Assembly: GCA_965213625.1 (NCBI GenBank)
Contig: CBDBZU010000004.1
Location: forward strand, 3,232,001 to 3,296,000
Length of the DNA: 64,000 bases
Direction: 5' to 3'
Source of the DNA: a bacterium
GTDB taxonomy: Bacteria; UBA8248
The notes under the pieces were generated by a model that was given only the letters and a program-made list of their open reading frames with translations, made no database searches and was not told the origin of the DNA. Below, one piece after another: positions 1 to 9,674 of the stretch. Positions within the stretch are counted from its first letter, which is position 1; each line of letters begins with the position of its first letter. The translations under genes were made by a program, and so were the position numbers.

Positions 1-198
1 TGCACCCCCCGCGCGCTGGAGCGCGTCGACGAGTTCTCCCTCGACGTTGGATTGAAAACACTCGAGGTCCACCCCCTCATCCGCCGCCATCTTCGCGAGG
101 GCCGCCTCGAGCACGGCCAGCGTCGTCTTGCCGTATACCTCGGGTTCGCGGGTACCCAGAAGGTTGAGATTCGGACCGTTCAAAAGCAGTATTCTCAT
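1..198 (-). CDS. aroQ: Type II 3-dehydroquinate dehydratase (5' part; runs off the window)
   Basis: Manual translation from ATG at 198: [23 protein letters not shown]...[11 protein letters not shown], the DHquinase II signature; lies downstream of aroB. Not in the ORF track. Confidence 0.93.
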   Translation of the reverse strand, partial: MRILLLNGPNLNLLGTREPEVYGKTTLAVLEAALAKMAADEGVDLECFQSNVEGELVDALQRAGGA

Positions 199-302
199 GT
201 GCTCACTCAATTAGGGTGCGTCTCAACATATCCGCACAAAATCAGACAGGGATGGTAGAAAACACGGGCGGCGGCGTCAACGAACGAGAGCCGCCGAATC
301 CG

Positions 303-1388
303 TTATGCGCCCCCAAGCGCGCCCCGCCACATGCGGGGCGGGACCTCGACGCCCGGCTCTACCGCGCCGATTTTCCGCATCACGACGAACCGGGGACTCC
401 CCCGGCGCGTTTTCTTGTCGCTGGCGAGCAGCCGCTTCAAGACCGCGAGTTTCGGAGGCTCCTCCATACGCGTGGGCAGCCCGAACCGCGTGAGCAGGGC
501 CGTCAACCGCTCCACGTCCCCGCTCGCGCAGCGCCCCATCGCGCAGGATATCCGGCTCGCCGCGGACATGCCGATGGCGATGGCTTCTCCATGGAGCAGT
601 GCGGACGAGTAACCCGCCAGCGCCTCCACCGCGTGTCCTAGCGTGTGCCCATAGTTGAGTATCTGCCTCAAACCGCCCTCGCGTTCGTCCTGCTCGACGA
701 CCCTCGCCTTGATCCGACAATTCGTGGCGACGATGCGCTCCATGACGGCCTCGTCGCGCTCGAGAATCCGCGCCTCGTTTTTCTCGAGATAAGCGAACAG
801 CCGGGCGTCCGCTATCGCCGCGTGCTTCACCACCTCGGCCAGCCCCGCCCTGAATTCCCGCTCGGGCAGCGACCTGAGCGAAGACGTATCGCTCACCACC
901 GCTATCGGCTGATGAAACGCGCCCACGAGGTTCTTGCCCAGTCGGTGATCGATAGCCGTCTTGCCGCCCACCGCGCTGTCCACCTGGGCGAGGAGCGTTG
1001 TGGGCGCCTGAACGTAGGGAACTCCCCTCAGGAAGACGGCCGCGGCGAATCCGGTGATGTCGCCCACCACGCCTCCCCCTAAGGCCACGGCGCCGCAGCC
1101 CCTGTCCAGCCGCATGGACGCCATCTTGTCCAGTATCCGGGACAACTGCCGCATCGACTTGCTCGCCTCGCCCGCCGGAATCCTGAGGGCAGACGCCTGG
1201 ACGTCTGCCGCCGCGAGCAGAGCCAGCGTTTTTTCGGCATAGAGAGGCGCTACGTTCGTGTCCGAGACGACGAGCGCCCGCCCGCCCCTGAAATGGCGCA
1301 GGCAGACTTTGCCGATATCCCCGAGCGCGTCCGCCCCGATACGAATCGTGTAAGAGCGCTCCCCCAGATGAACCCGGACGTTCTTCAT
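303..1388 (-). CDS. aroB: 3-dehydroquinate synthase
   Basis: GGGVVGDITGF, PTTLLAQVDSAVGGKT, LNYGHTLGHAVE, LLHGEAIAIGM motifs. Start set at ATG 1388 (MKNVRVHL), overlapping the pilM stop. Confidence 0.95.
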   Translation of the reverse strand: MKNVRVHLGERSYTIRIGADALGDIGKVCLRHFRGGRALVVSDTNVAPLYAEKTLALLAAADVQASALRIPAGEASKSMRQLSRILDKMASMRLDRGCGAVALGGGVVGDITGFAAAVFLRGVPYVQAPTTLLAQVDSAVGGKTAIDHRLGKNLVGAFHQPIAVVSDTSSLRSLPEREFRAGLAEVVKHAAIADARLFAYLEKNEARILERDEAVMERIVATNCRIKARVVEQDEREGGLRQILNYGHTLGHAVEALAGYSSALLHGEAIAIGMSAASRISCAMGRCASGDVERLTALLTRFGLPTRMEEPPKLAVLKRLLASDKKTRRGSPRFVVMRKIGAVEPGVEVPPRMWRGALGGA

Positions 1389-2434
1389 GCAGACTCCAAA
1401 GCGCGATACGCCAACCCCGCGCCGATGGCGGCGGCGGGAGCGACAGATTCCACGAGCGCCGAATCGAATTCCCCCTCGGGCGCTTCCACGAGGCGGAATG
1501 GATTCAGAATTTCCACGGGCGCATCGAACGCCGCCGCCAGACGTTCCGGCAGCTCCTCGAGCAGCGCGCCGCCTCCCGAGAGAACGATACGCTCCACCTG
1601 CGGGGCGGGCGTTACCCGCCACATCAACCGGAACGTCCTGTCCAGTTCGAAAGCCAGTTTTTTCGCCTCCACGCGGAGAACTTCCTCCAAAGCGTCGGGG
1701 TCGGCAGCGGACGCCTCTCCCTTTTTTACGGCCTCCGCCTCTTCACGTGAAATTACCAGACGATTCGACAACAATCGCGTCAGGCCCTCACCGCCGAACG
1801 GAACCGTCCTTGTAATCAGGGTATGATTGTCGCACACCACGTTCACCAGGGTCTCGGAAGCGCCGATATCCACCAGGGCGGTGATTTCCCCCGCTTCGTA
1901 CATTCCCGAGAGATCGAAGGCGCTATCCATCGCCAGAAAGTTCACATCCACGATCACAGGCTCATAATCGACGCGCTTCAGGAAAGCCAACAACGCATCG
2001 AGCGGCTCGCGCTTCACGGCGACCATCAGATACTCATCCAGCCTTTCCGCTCGTCTTTCGATCTGGCCGATTCGCAGGTGGGACAGGCGCACCTCCTCCA
2101 GGGGGAAGGGCAGCACCTGTATCGCTTCGGCCTCGATGGCGTCGGCGACGGGAAAATCCTCTTCGGCGGGCAGAAGCACCGTCCGCACCATGGCCGCCCT
2201 GCCAGAAAGGGCCACGACAACCTTCCTTCCCGCTTCCCCGCCCGGGAGCAATTCCGCCAACGCCCGCTCGACCTCCTCCGGGTCATGCACGAAGCCTCCC
2301 TGCACCGCTCCCGGAGCCAGGGAACACGCATCCAAGCGGGAGAGGACGAGACGCTTCTCTTTCCTTACGAGCTTCACCACCTTGACGGCGAAACTCCCGA
2401 TATCAATCGCCAAAGGCGCGGAATCGTCAGACAC
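1385..2434 (-). CDS. pilM: Type IV pilus assembly protein PilM-like (actin-like ATPase fold)
   Basis: LAIDIGSFAVKVV, ALVDIGASET, IVLSGGGALL, PVEILNPF, AAIGAGLAYR motifs. Confidence 0.8.
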   Translation of the reverse strand: MSDDSAPLAIDIGSFAVKVVKLVRKEKRLVLSRLDACSLAPGAVQGGFVHDPEEVERALAELLPGGEAGRKVVVALSGRAAMVRTVLLPAEEDFPVADAIEAEAIQVLPFPLEEVRLSHLRIGQIERRAERLDEYLMVAVKREPLDALLAFLKRVDYEPVIVDVNFLAMDSAFDLSGMYEAGEITALVDIGASETLVNVVCDNHTLITRTVPFGGEGLTRLLSNRLVISREEAEAVKKGEASAADPDALEEVLRVEAKKLAFELDRTFRLMWRVTPAPQVERIVLSGGGALLEELPERLAAAFDAPVEILNPFRLVEAPEGEFDSALVESVAPAAAIGAGLAYRALESA

Positions 2435-2457
2435 GATGGTTCTCTACCAGAAGAAGG

Positions 2458-3486
2458 CTAAAACAGCCGAATGGGCGCCAGTGTGAACGTAGAAATCAGG
2501 AGTATCATACACGCAAATCCCCAAAAACGCCTCTTGCGCGTCAGAGGCTCCCACTCATCCATAAGCGTTGGATGCCGCCGGCCCAGCGCGAGCACGATTA
2601 CGCTCCAGAGAATCCAGCCGGGCCACCAGTATCCCATGACCAAAAGAACGAGGCCGATAGCCACGGATATCTTCGGGTGCCACCTGCCGAGAAGCGTGTA
2701 GATAACGTGGCCTCCGTCGAGTTGTCCGGCGGGGATGAGATTGAGCGAGGTCACCAGCAACCCGCACCAGCCCGCAAAGGCCACCGGGTGGAGGAGGATG
2801 GTCTGGCCCTTGGGTATAGATCCGTATACCAGCCATGCGAGGCCGTCGAACAAAAGGGGCGTCCCCAGTCCGATGCCGAGCGAACTCCCGACGGGCGCGA
2901 GCCTGGACATCATCAACCCGACTAGCAGGGCTGGAACCGCCGCCGCCAGACCGGCCAGCGGCCCAGACACGGCCACGTCCATCAGGGCGTTCCGGTTCAC
3001 AATACCGCCGCGTATGCGGATGACCGCGCCGAACGTCCCCAGCAACGAGGGGGCCGGCAGGAAATAGGGCAGCGATGCGTCCACCCCCCACCTTCTGCTC
3101 GCGACGTAATGGCCCATCTCGTGCGCACCGAGGATCAGGAGCAGCGTCAGCGAATAGGGGAGCCCGGCCAGAAGCGCCGCCGGTTGCGTGAAGACGGCGT
3201 CCGGCGCATAGCCGCGCTGAAGCGCGCCCGCCATCAAGGTGGTGAGTAACGTGAGGATGAACATCAACGCAGGAACGCCTATGGCTCTCCAGGAGGTCCG
3301 GCGCACACGGGCTTTGCTCTCGAAAGCAGCCATGGGGATTTCTTCTTGCGCAGGGAGTGGAAATGACTCCGCATCGGACACCGGATCGTCCATGCGCTCA
3401 TCCCACTCTCGTTCTTTGCGCGGGGCCTCATGGAGAGGACGACCGCCCGGCCCGAGGTGTCCTGTTCGCTCGTTCAACGGCTGCAT
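2458..3486 (-). CDS. Site-2 protease family (M50) membrane metalloprotease
   Basis: HEMGH, NLIPAGQLDGGH, several TM helices; start codon uncertain. Confidence 0.88.
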   Translation of the reverse strand: MQPLNERTGHLGPGGRPLHEAPRKEREWDERMDDPVSDAESFPLPAQEEIPMAAFESKARVRRTSWRAIGVPALMFILTLLTTLMAGALQRGYAPDAVFTQPAALLAGLPYSLTLLLILGAHEMGHYVASRRWGVDASLPYFLPAPSLLGTFGAVIRIRGGIVNRNALMDVAVSGPLAGLAAAVPALLVGLMMSRLAPVGSSLGIGLGTPLLFDGLAWLVYGSIPKGQTILLHPVAFAGWCGLLVTSLNLIPAGQLDGGHVIYTLLGRWHPKISVAIGLVLLVMGYWWPGWILWSVIVLALGRRHPTLMDEWEPLTRKRRFWGFACMILLISTFTLAPIRLF

Positions 3487-3617
3487 CCACGGCGGGAGAA
3501 AACGAAAAATCTCGCATCGCGGGGAGTTTAACCCAACCCTTACGTTTCACGCACCCTTGACACTTCGCGCTTCAATTCTTACCCTCGGCAGTGACCCGGT
3601 TCGCCCTTGAGAAAAAA

Positions 3618-5648
3618 ATGTCCACCGCCACATTCAGATTCATGCTCGCCGCTGCTCTCGGCGCATCCCTCCTCACCGGATGCAAGCTGGACACAGGCCC
3701 GGAGACCGCGCCCAAGCCCGCCGTTCGCATGCCCGCATCGGTAACGAAGGCCGAAACACCGCCGACACCCGAGCCCGCCCCGCAAAAGGCGCTGGCCGAA
3801 GGCTCCAGAAACTGGTCGGCCCCCGCCCCGGCGACGCCCCGGACGCCACCGGCGGCGCTGAGAGCGAAACTCGATAAAAACCCGGCCGCCCGCGACGCCG
3901 ACAAGACACTGCTCGACATCGCCAAACACCAGCTCGCGCGCGGGGAGCTGGAATCTGCGGCGCAAAGCCTCACACGCCTCCAGGAGAAATTTCCTTTATC
4001 ACCCCTTTATACGGAGAGCGCATTCTACCTGGGCCTCGCGCTCCAGGCTTCAGGCCGGGATGATGAAGCCTGGATCTCGCTCAGAAGCGCTTTGAGCAAG
4101 GAAACGACCCCCGAGAGACGCGCGCTGCTCGAAGCCTCCCTGGGAGCGGTCTATGAACAGCGCGGCGAACCCTTCCCCGCCCTGCTCTCCTATGCGCGCG
4201 CATTGAAGAGCGACTCTGAACTTTTCGGAAAGCGTCTCCTCATCGGGCGCATCGAGGCGCTGGCGCAGGAAATCACGCCGCACCGGCTTCGCACAGCGGC
4301 CGAGCAATTCGCCGGGACGCCTGCAGGGATGTATCTGCAAACGGCTCTGGCGGATCGAGAACAGCAGGAAAAATCCGACAAGACCGCACGCGAAGATGCG
4401 CCCCCGAAAAGCGCAGAAGATAAGGAGGGTACGACCACGGCCACCTATTCGGGGCGCGTGGGCATCATGCTCCCGCTATCGGGCGCCTTGGGCGCCGCGG
4501 GCGGGCGCGTATATGACGGCATTCGACTGGCGCTGCGGCACAGTTTAGCGAAATACCCCGACTTGCGGGTTCAACTCGCTGTCCGTGACACGAAAAGTAC
4601 GGCGCAATCCGCAGGCGACGCGGCGGAAGTGGCCGCCGAACTCATCGAGAAAGAACAGGCGATCTCCCTCATCGGACCGCTCATCACCGAGGCAGCGGAG
4701 TCCGCCGCCCAAGTCGCGAACCGCCTGAAAACCCCCATGCTCACGCCATTCGCGCTCAGGATGCGCATGAACCCCGGATTCACCTGGGTGTTCCGCAATT
4801 CGCTCACGAACCGGCTGCAGGCGCAGGGCATCGCCGCCTATGCGGTCCAGCAAATGGGCGTGCGGCGCTTCGCCGTCCTCTATCCGGCGGAGCACGACGG
4901 GATAGAAATGACCGACGCCTTCACCCAAGCGGTGGAGAACCTGGGGGGCGAGGTCGTCAAAATCATTTCGTTTCCCGAAAACGCCACCGACTTCAGGGCG
5001 CAGATGCGCGCGCTCGGCGGCATGGACGACCGCCAGTTGAAGAGGACGAAGCGATCGCTGGGTCTCAGCAAGTCGGACACGTATCAGATCCCGCTGAACT
5101 TCGAGGCGCTCTTCGTGCCCGTCCGCCATAAGAAGGCGGTGCTCATCGCGCCGCAGGTCCCCTTCTACAACATGCGCGAGGTCAGGCTCCTGGGCGGCAG
5201 CGGATGGAACAATCCCCGCCTGCTCGAACACGGGGAGCGCTACGTTGAGGGCGCGGTCTTCGTGGATGGATTTTTCTCAGGCTCTGCAGAACCCAAAGTC
5301 GCGCGTTTCGTGAACGAGTTCAAAAGCATTTTCGGCCGGACGCCGGACATCTTCTCGGCCCTGGGCTACGACACAGCGCAGATCGTCTTCGAAGCGCTCG
5401 CCATGGGCGCCAGGACGCGGGAGGACGTGAGGCGATACCTCGCCGCTCTCCGGGGCTTCGAGGGCGTCATGGGACTGACGGACATGGGGCCGGACAACGA
5501 CGCGCGCCGCCAGTTGTTCGTGTTGTCGGTCGAGAAGAAGAAAATCCGGCATCTCCAGATGATCACGCCGCACAGGAGGTTCGCGGGAGACGCGCCAACA
5601 GGCGAGAACGCGCGTCTTTTGCCTGCGCCGATTCCACCAACGCAATGA
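3618..5648 (+). CDS. Lipoprotein with TPR region and periplasmic-binding domain (LpoA/LppC-like PBP activator)
   Basis: Lipobox LLTGC, TPR-like helices, then VGIMLPLSG...IGPL...ALGYD type I PBP fold. Confidence 0.75.
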   Translation: MSTATFRFMLAAALGASLLTGCKLDTGPETAPKPAVRMPASVTKAETPPTPEPAPQKALAEGSRNWSAPAPATPRTPPAALRAKLDKNPAARDADKTLLDIAKHQLARGELESAAQSLTRLQEKFPLSPLYTESAFYLGLALQASGRDDEAWISLRSALSKETTPERRALLEASLGAVYEQRGEPFPALLSYARALKSDSELFGKRLLIGRIEALAQEITPHRLRTAAEQFAGTPAGMYLQTALADREQQEKSDKTAREDAPPKSAEDKEGTTTATYSGRVGIMLPLSGALGAAGGRVYDGIRLALRHSLAKYPDLRVQLAVRDTKSTAQSAGDAAEVAAELIEKEQAISLIGPLITEAAESAAQVANRLKTPMLTPFALRMRMNPGFTWVFRNSLTNRLQAQGIAAYAVQQMGVRRFAVLYPAEHDGIEMTDAFTQAVENLGGEVVKIISFPENATDFRAQMRALGGMDDRQLKRTKRSLGLSKSDTYQIPLNFEALFVPVRHKKAVLIAPQVPFYNMREVRLLGGSGWNNPRLLEHGERYVEGAVFVDGFFSGSAEPKVARFVNEFKSIFGRTPDIFSALGYDTAQIVFEALAMGARTREDVRRYLAALRGFEGVMGLTDMGPDNDARRQLFVLSVEKKKIRHLQMITPHRRFAGDAPTGENARLLPAPIPPTQ

Positions 5649-5672
5649 GGTGAAGCGAAAGCCGGAACATCC

Positions 5673-5857
5673 GGGGGTTGTTGAAAGAGTCTTGATTCCG
5701 TGATTCGGTTCGACGGATGTGAAGGTGTATGTCGGACATATATGTCCGACATACATGCGACCCTGCCTTTTACGCCCGCCGACCACGGGCCGCATATATG
5801 CGGCCCCTACACGACCATCATACCCGCTCTAGATACGGGGAGTTTTCGACAAAACCC
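5673..5857. mobile_element. MITE-like element with IS1182-like ends and internal palindromes
   Basis: Left end gggggttgttgaaagagtc, right end ggagttttcgacaaaaccc; perfect 30-bp palindrome at 5726-5755 and 20-bp palindrome at 5787-5806 followed by CTAC. Confidence 0.55.
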
Positions 5858-5905
5858 AGTCCAGGGCGGAATACTTGAAGCGCGAGTCTCAAACCAGGGT
5901 TCGCC

Positions 5906-6688
5906 TCAAATCTGAATCGCGCCGCAGGAGATGGTGTAGGCCTGTCCGGTGATGCCGGCCGCCTCTTCGCTCGCGAGGTATAAGGCCATGGCGGCGATCT
6001 CCTCGGGCGCGAGGAAACGCCCCATCGGAATGTCGTCCCGGTAGCGATTCATAACCGCCTCCGCGCTCTCTCCACCCTCCATTTGTGCGGCGAGACCTTC
6101 CCTGAAAGTGGCGACCATTCCCGTATCCACGAAGCCTGGGCAAATCGCGTTCACGGTGACGCCCGCCGACGCCGCTTCGAGCGCCACCGAGCGAACCAGG
6201 CCCAGGACGCCGTGCTTCGCCGCGTGGTAGGCGCTGCGGTTCGGCCCGCCGATCTTGCCCGACACCGAGCTTATCGCGATGAGTCGGCCCCAGCCGCGCT
6301 CGGTCATGCCGCCGATGGCCGCACGAAATGTGTAGAAGGCGCCGTTTAAGTTCACGCGCATCATTTCGTCCCAAAGGGCGTCGGTGGTCTCGCCGAGCGG
6401 CGCGTGGACGAGCGCGCCCGCGTTGGCGACCAGGACGTCCACGCCGCCCAACTCCCGGCTCGCGCGCTCAAGCGCATCTTCCACGCCCTGTGAATCGCCC
6501 ACGTCGCAGGGAATCGCCAGAGAACGCCTCCCCTTTTCCTCTATCTCCTTAGCGACCGCGTCGATTTCGGCGCGCGTTCTCGCGGCGACGGCCACGTCCG
6601 CGCCCGCCTCTGCGAATTTGAGCGCGATGGCGCGACCGATGCCCCGCCCGCCGCCCGTTACGAACGCACGCTTGCCCTCAAGCCGCAT
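5906..6688 (-). CDS. SDR family oxidoreductase
   Basis: TGGGRGIG, ANAG, YHAAK, NAICPG. Confidence 0.93.
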   Translation of the reverse strand: MRLEGKRAFVTGGGRGIGRAIALKFAEAGADVAVAARTRAEIDAVAKEIEEKGRRSLAIPCDVGDSQGVEDALERASRELGGVDVLVANAGALVHAPLGETTDALWDEMMRVNLNGAFYTFRAAIGGMTERGWGRLIAISSVSGKIGGPNRSAYHAAKHGVLGLVRSVALEAASAGVTVNAICPGFVDTGMVATFREGLAAQMEGGESAEAVMNRYRDDIPMGRFLAPEEIAAMALYLASEEAAGITGQAYTISCGAIQI

Positions 6689-7775
6689 GGGCGCTCTCCC
6701 CTGTCCTCATCATATGAACGTCCAAGGACAGATTATCGAAGAAAATCTCCACCTCGCGGAGGACGGCGTCCATTTCCTCCATCCGGTTCACCCGCTCGCG
6801 CATCACCGAGCCTCCCCGCAGCCCTTTCGTGTAGGCGGGCAGATGCTTCCGGGAATGGAACACGGCGAGCCGCTCGCCCAGCACCTCTCTTAAGAGCTCC
6901 AGGTGACGAAGGGCCATGTTCTTCTTCTCGGCCAAGCCGGGTGGTGCAGGCAATTCCCCGGTTTTGAGCCAACGGAGCAGGCGCGAGAAAATCCACGGGT
7001 TGCCGACCGCGCCGCGCCCGATCATCAGGGCGTCCACGCCGGTGCGGCGGATCATGGCGATGGCGTCCTGTGGACTCAGGATGCTGCCGTTTCCCATAAC
7101 GGGCACCTTGACCGCGCGCTTCACACGCGCGATGGCGTCCAGATCCACTGCGCCGCTGAACATGGCCTGGCGTGTTCTGCCGTGCACGGTGATGGCCCTG
7201 GCGCCTGCGTCTTCCACCGCCCGCGCGAAAACCTCCGCAGAGTTTTTCTCGATCGTGTCCCAGCCTGTGCGCATTTTCACCGTCACGGGGATTCGCACCG
7301 CGCGCACCATGGCGGAGACGATTTCGTGCGCCCGCTCGGGGTATCTCAGCAGGGAGGAGCCTGCCTGGTTTTTCGTAATCTTCTTAACGGGGCACCCGCA
7401 GTTGAGATCGACGATATCGGCGCCCGCTTCTTCCACGATGGCCGCCGCCTCGCCCATCTGGACCGGGTCCGCGCCGAAAAGCTGGATGGAGACCGGTTTT
7501 TCCGCCGCATCGTTTCGCATGAGGTCGTATGTTTTCTTGTGCCGCCGGACGAGGGCCTGGCTGCTCACCATCTCGGTGGCCACCATGCCTGCGCCGTGCG
7601 ACTTGACCAGCGTGCGGAAGGGCAGATTCGTATAGCCCGCCATGGGCGCCATGACGAGGCGATTTTCGAGCCTGACGCCTCCGATATCCAAAGGCGCATC
7701 GAAACCCTCGGGCGGCGGTGGAACGGCCTCCATGGACTCCTCGCAAACGCTCGGGCCCGCTTCTTCTGGGCGCAT
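6678..7775 (-). CDS. dusB: tRNA-dihydrouridine synthase DusB family
   Basis: MAPMAG, DLNCGCP, PVTVKMRTGWD, VHGRT, MIGRGAVGNPWIF. Confidence 0.92.
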   Translation of the reverse strand: MRPEEAGPSVCEESMEAVPPPPEGFDAPLDIGGVRLENRLVMAPMAGYTNLPFRTLVKSHGAGMVATEMVSSQALVRRHKKTYDLMRNDAAEKPVSIQLFGADPVQMGEAAAIVEEAGADIVDLNCGCPVKKITKNQAGSSLLRYPERAHEIVSAMVRAVRIPVTVKMRTGWDTIEKNSAEVFARAVEDAGARAITVHGRTRQAMFSGAVDLDAIARVKRAVKVPVMGNGSILSPQDAIAMIRRTGVDALMIGRGAVGNPWIFSRLLRWLKTGELPAPPGLAEKKNMALRHLELLREVLGERLAVFHSRKHLPAYTKGLRGGSVMRERVNRMEEMDAVLREVEIFFDNLSLDVHMMRTGESAHAA

Positions 7776-7796
7776 CAGTCTTTCCTCCCGATACCG

Positions 7797-8921
7797 CTAT
7801 TCACTCCACGCCTCTCCCAGTTCCCAGGATGGGTCCGCATCCATGTCCGCATAGTCCATGAATTGCTCGCTTCCACGTTCTCGCAGCCTGAAACCGCCCG
7901 CGCAGGCGATCATCGCGGCGTTGTCCGTGCAGTATTTGCGCGCGGGGAAATGGAGCGACCAGCTTTCCCGCTCCGCCCGTTCGGCCAGCCTCTTGCGCAG
8001 ATACGAATTCGCGGCCACGCCCCCACTCACGGAGACGGCGGGCAGTTTTTCCCTGCGAACCACCCTGCTCACCTTCTCCACCAGCACCTCCACCGCCGCT
8101 TCCTGAAAGCCCGCGGCCACGGCGCACGCCACCTCTTCGGGAACTTCCTGGGGACGCGCCCAGGGGGGGAGGTTCCTGTCGCTCAGGTAGAGTCCTCTTT
8201 CTTTCTGGTAGTTTAACACAGCCGTTTTCAGGCCACTAAAGCTGAAGGCGTAAGGCCTGTCCGCAAGGAACGGCCTGGGAAACTCGACCGGGGCGGCGCC
8301 GCTCCCGTTGGTCTCCAGAAACTTCGCGTGCAGACGATCGACGATGGGGCCGCCCGGATAGCCCAGCCCCATGATGGCCGCCACCTTGTCGTAGGCCTCG
8401 CCCAGGGCGTCATCCAGAGTGCCGCCCAGGTGCGTGACTTCGGAATGCCCGTCCACGCGGTAGAAATCCGTATGCCCGCCCGAGACCACGAAACCCAGAT
8501 GGGGAAACGGGGGCGGAGCGTCGTTCTCATCTCCGGTGGGTAGAAACAAGGAATGAACGTGTCCGTCCAGATGATGCACGCCGATGAGGGGGAGGCGCAG
8601 GCTCCAAGCCAGGCCCTTCGCCGCGGAGAGGCCCACGAGCAGGGCCACCACCAGGCCGGGGCCGCGCGTGACGGCCACGGCGTCGACTTCTTTCGCCGAA
8701 AGCGAGGCTTCCTCCAGGGCCGTTTCGAGGACGGGCGCTATCATCTCCACGTGGCGGCGGGCCGCGAGTTCGGGGACCACGCCGCCAAAACGCGCATGTA
8801 TCTCGTGCTGCGAGGCCACGACGTTGGAGAGAACCCTGGGGGCGGAGTTCTCCTCGAACTCAAGGACAGCTGCCGCCGTCTCGTCGCAACTCGTCTCCAC
8901 GCCCAGGATATACATTTTCAT
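7797..8921 (-). CDS. tsaD: tRNA t6A37 threonylcarbamoyltransferase TsaD
   Basis: ILGVETSCDET, GGVVPELAARRH, HHLDGH, SGGHT, SFSGLKT, CTDNAAMIA. Confidence 0.96.
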   Translation of the reverse strand: MKMYILGVETSCDETAAAVLEFEENSAPRVLSNVVASQHEIHARFGGVVPELAARRHVEMIAPVLETALEEASLSAKEVDAVAVTRGPGLVVALLVGLSAAKGLAWSLRLPLIGVHHLDGHVHSLFLPTGDENDAPPPFPHLGFVVSGGHTDFYRVDGHSEVTHLGGTLDDALGEAYDKVAAIMGLGYPGGPIVDRLHAKFLETNGSGAAPVEFPRPFLADRPYAFSFSGLKTAVLNYQKERGLYLSDRNLPPWARPQEVPEEVACAVAAGFQEAAVEVLVEKVSRVVRREKLPAVSVSGGVAANSYLRKRLAERAERESWSLHFPARKYCTDNAAMIACAGGFRLRERGSEQFMDYADMDADPSWELGEAWSE

Positions 8922-9076
8922 ACTCGCTTCGTTTGTGTGCGCTTCTCATCAAATTACGCATCATGGGAATACGGGAATTTACGCGGGGAAGCAACGCCCA
9001 CCGGAGTGTGAAGATGGGAATTGGGGAGTCATTGCTCCTTTCAGGGTCTGCTACGACCACACGGGGGAGCGGCCTT

Positions 9077-9103
9077 GGACAGGCAGAGGGGCCTGTCCGC
9101 TAC
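9077..9103. repeat. GTAG/CTAC-type REP-like palindrome
   Basis: ggacaggc-agagggg-cctgtcc followed by gctac; related copies at 10983, 11162, 46779, 46841, 48426. Confidence 0.55.
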
Positions 9104-9246
9104 ATTGCAATATCGGGTAGGCAGGTATCCGCTCCCCCTTTGAGGGGTCGGGCATCCCGAGGGAAATGCCCGACGATAAAGACCCCTTTTAAAGAGTAAA
9201 GGAGACACCTCTCACGACTGGAAAAAGCTGCAAACACTCGCTTTTC

Positions 9247-9305
9247 GGGGTTGTTGAAAACCCCCTCGATGCGGGAATACCACCGTCATTCCGGCGAAAG
9301 CCGGA
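9247..9305. repeat. MITE end plus GTCATTCCGGCG-type palindromic repeat
   Basis: ggggttgttgaaaacccc at 9247; gtcattccggcgaaagccgga at 9285, second copy at 11087. Confidence 0.5.
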
Positions 9306-9674
9306 TGCGAAAACCGATAGATGATAAAGAATCAAGAGAAACTCCATGGTTTCCCGGAAACATTGAAAGCATTTGCATAATTTTTTCTTGGCAGACCGAT
9401 AATTTTCATGTAACAATGCCGGAAATAGTTCACGAGTGTTCGAAACACTTGACTCAAAAACACTCATATTTCATCTGCGCGGGCAGTTCGCGAGACGCAT
9501 CCCACCGACGAGGGATTCGGCATGGCGAATGACACGAACCAAAAATCCCTGACAACCTATTCCACGACAACGTACCGAATGCAGCGATAGCCGGGGCTAC
9601 GCAGCGGAGGAGTACGTGAATGAACCTGTTGAATATACCAATTTCAAACTCTGAATACCGACGATAAGGAGAAG

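Noticed and set aside
1389-1622. N-terminal extension of AroB in the ORF track (439 aa)
   Set aside because: It overlaps pilM; homology starts at MKNVRVHL (1388).
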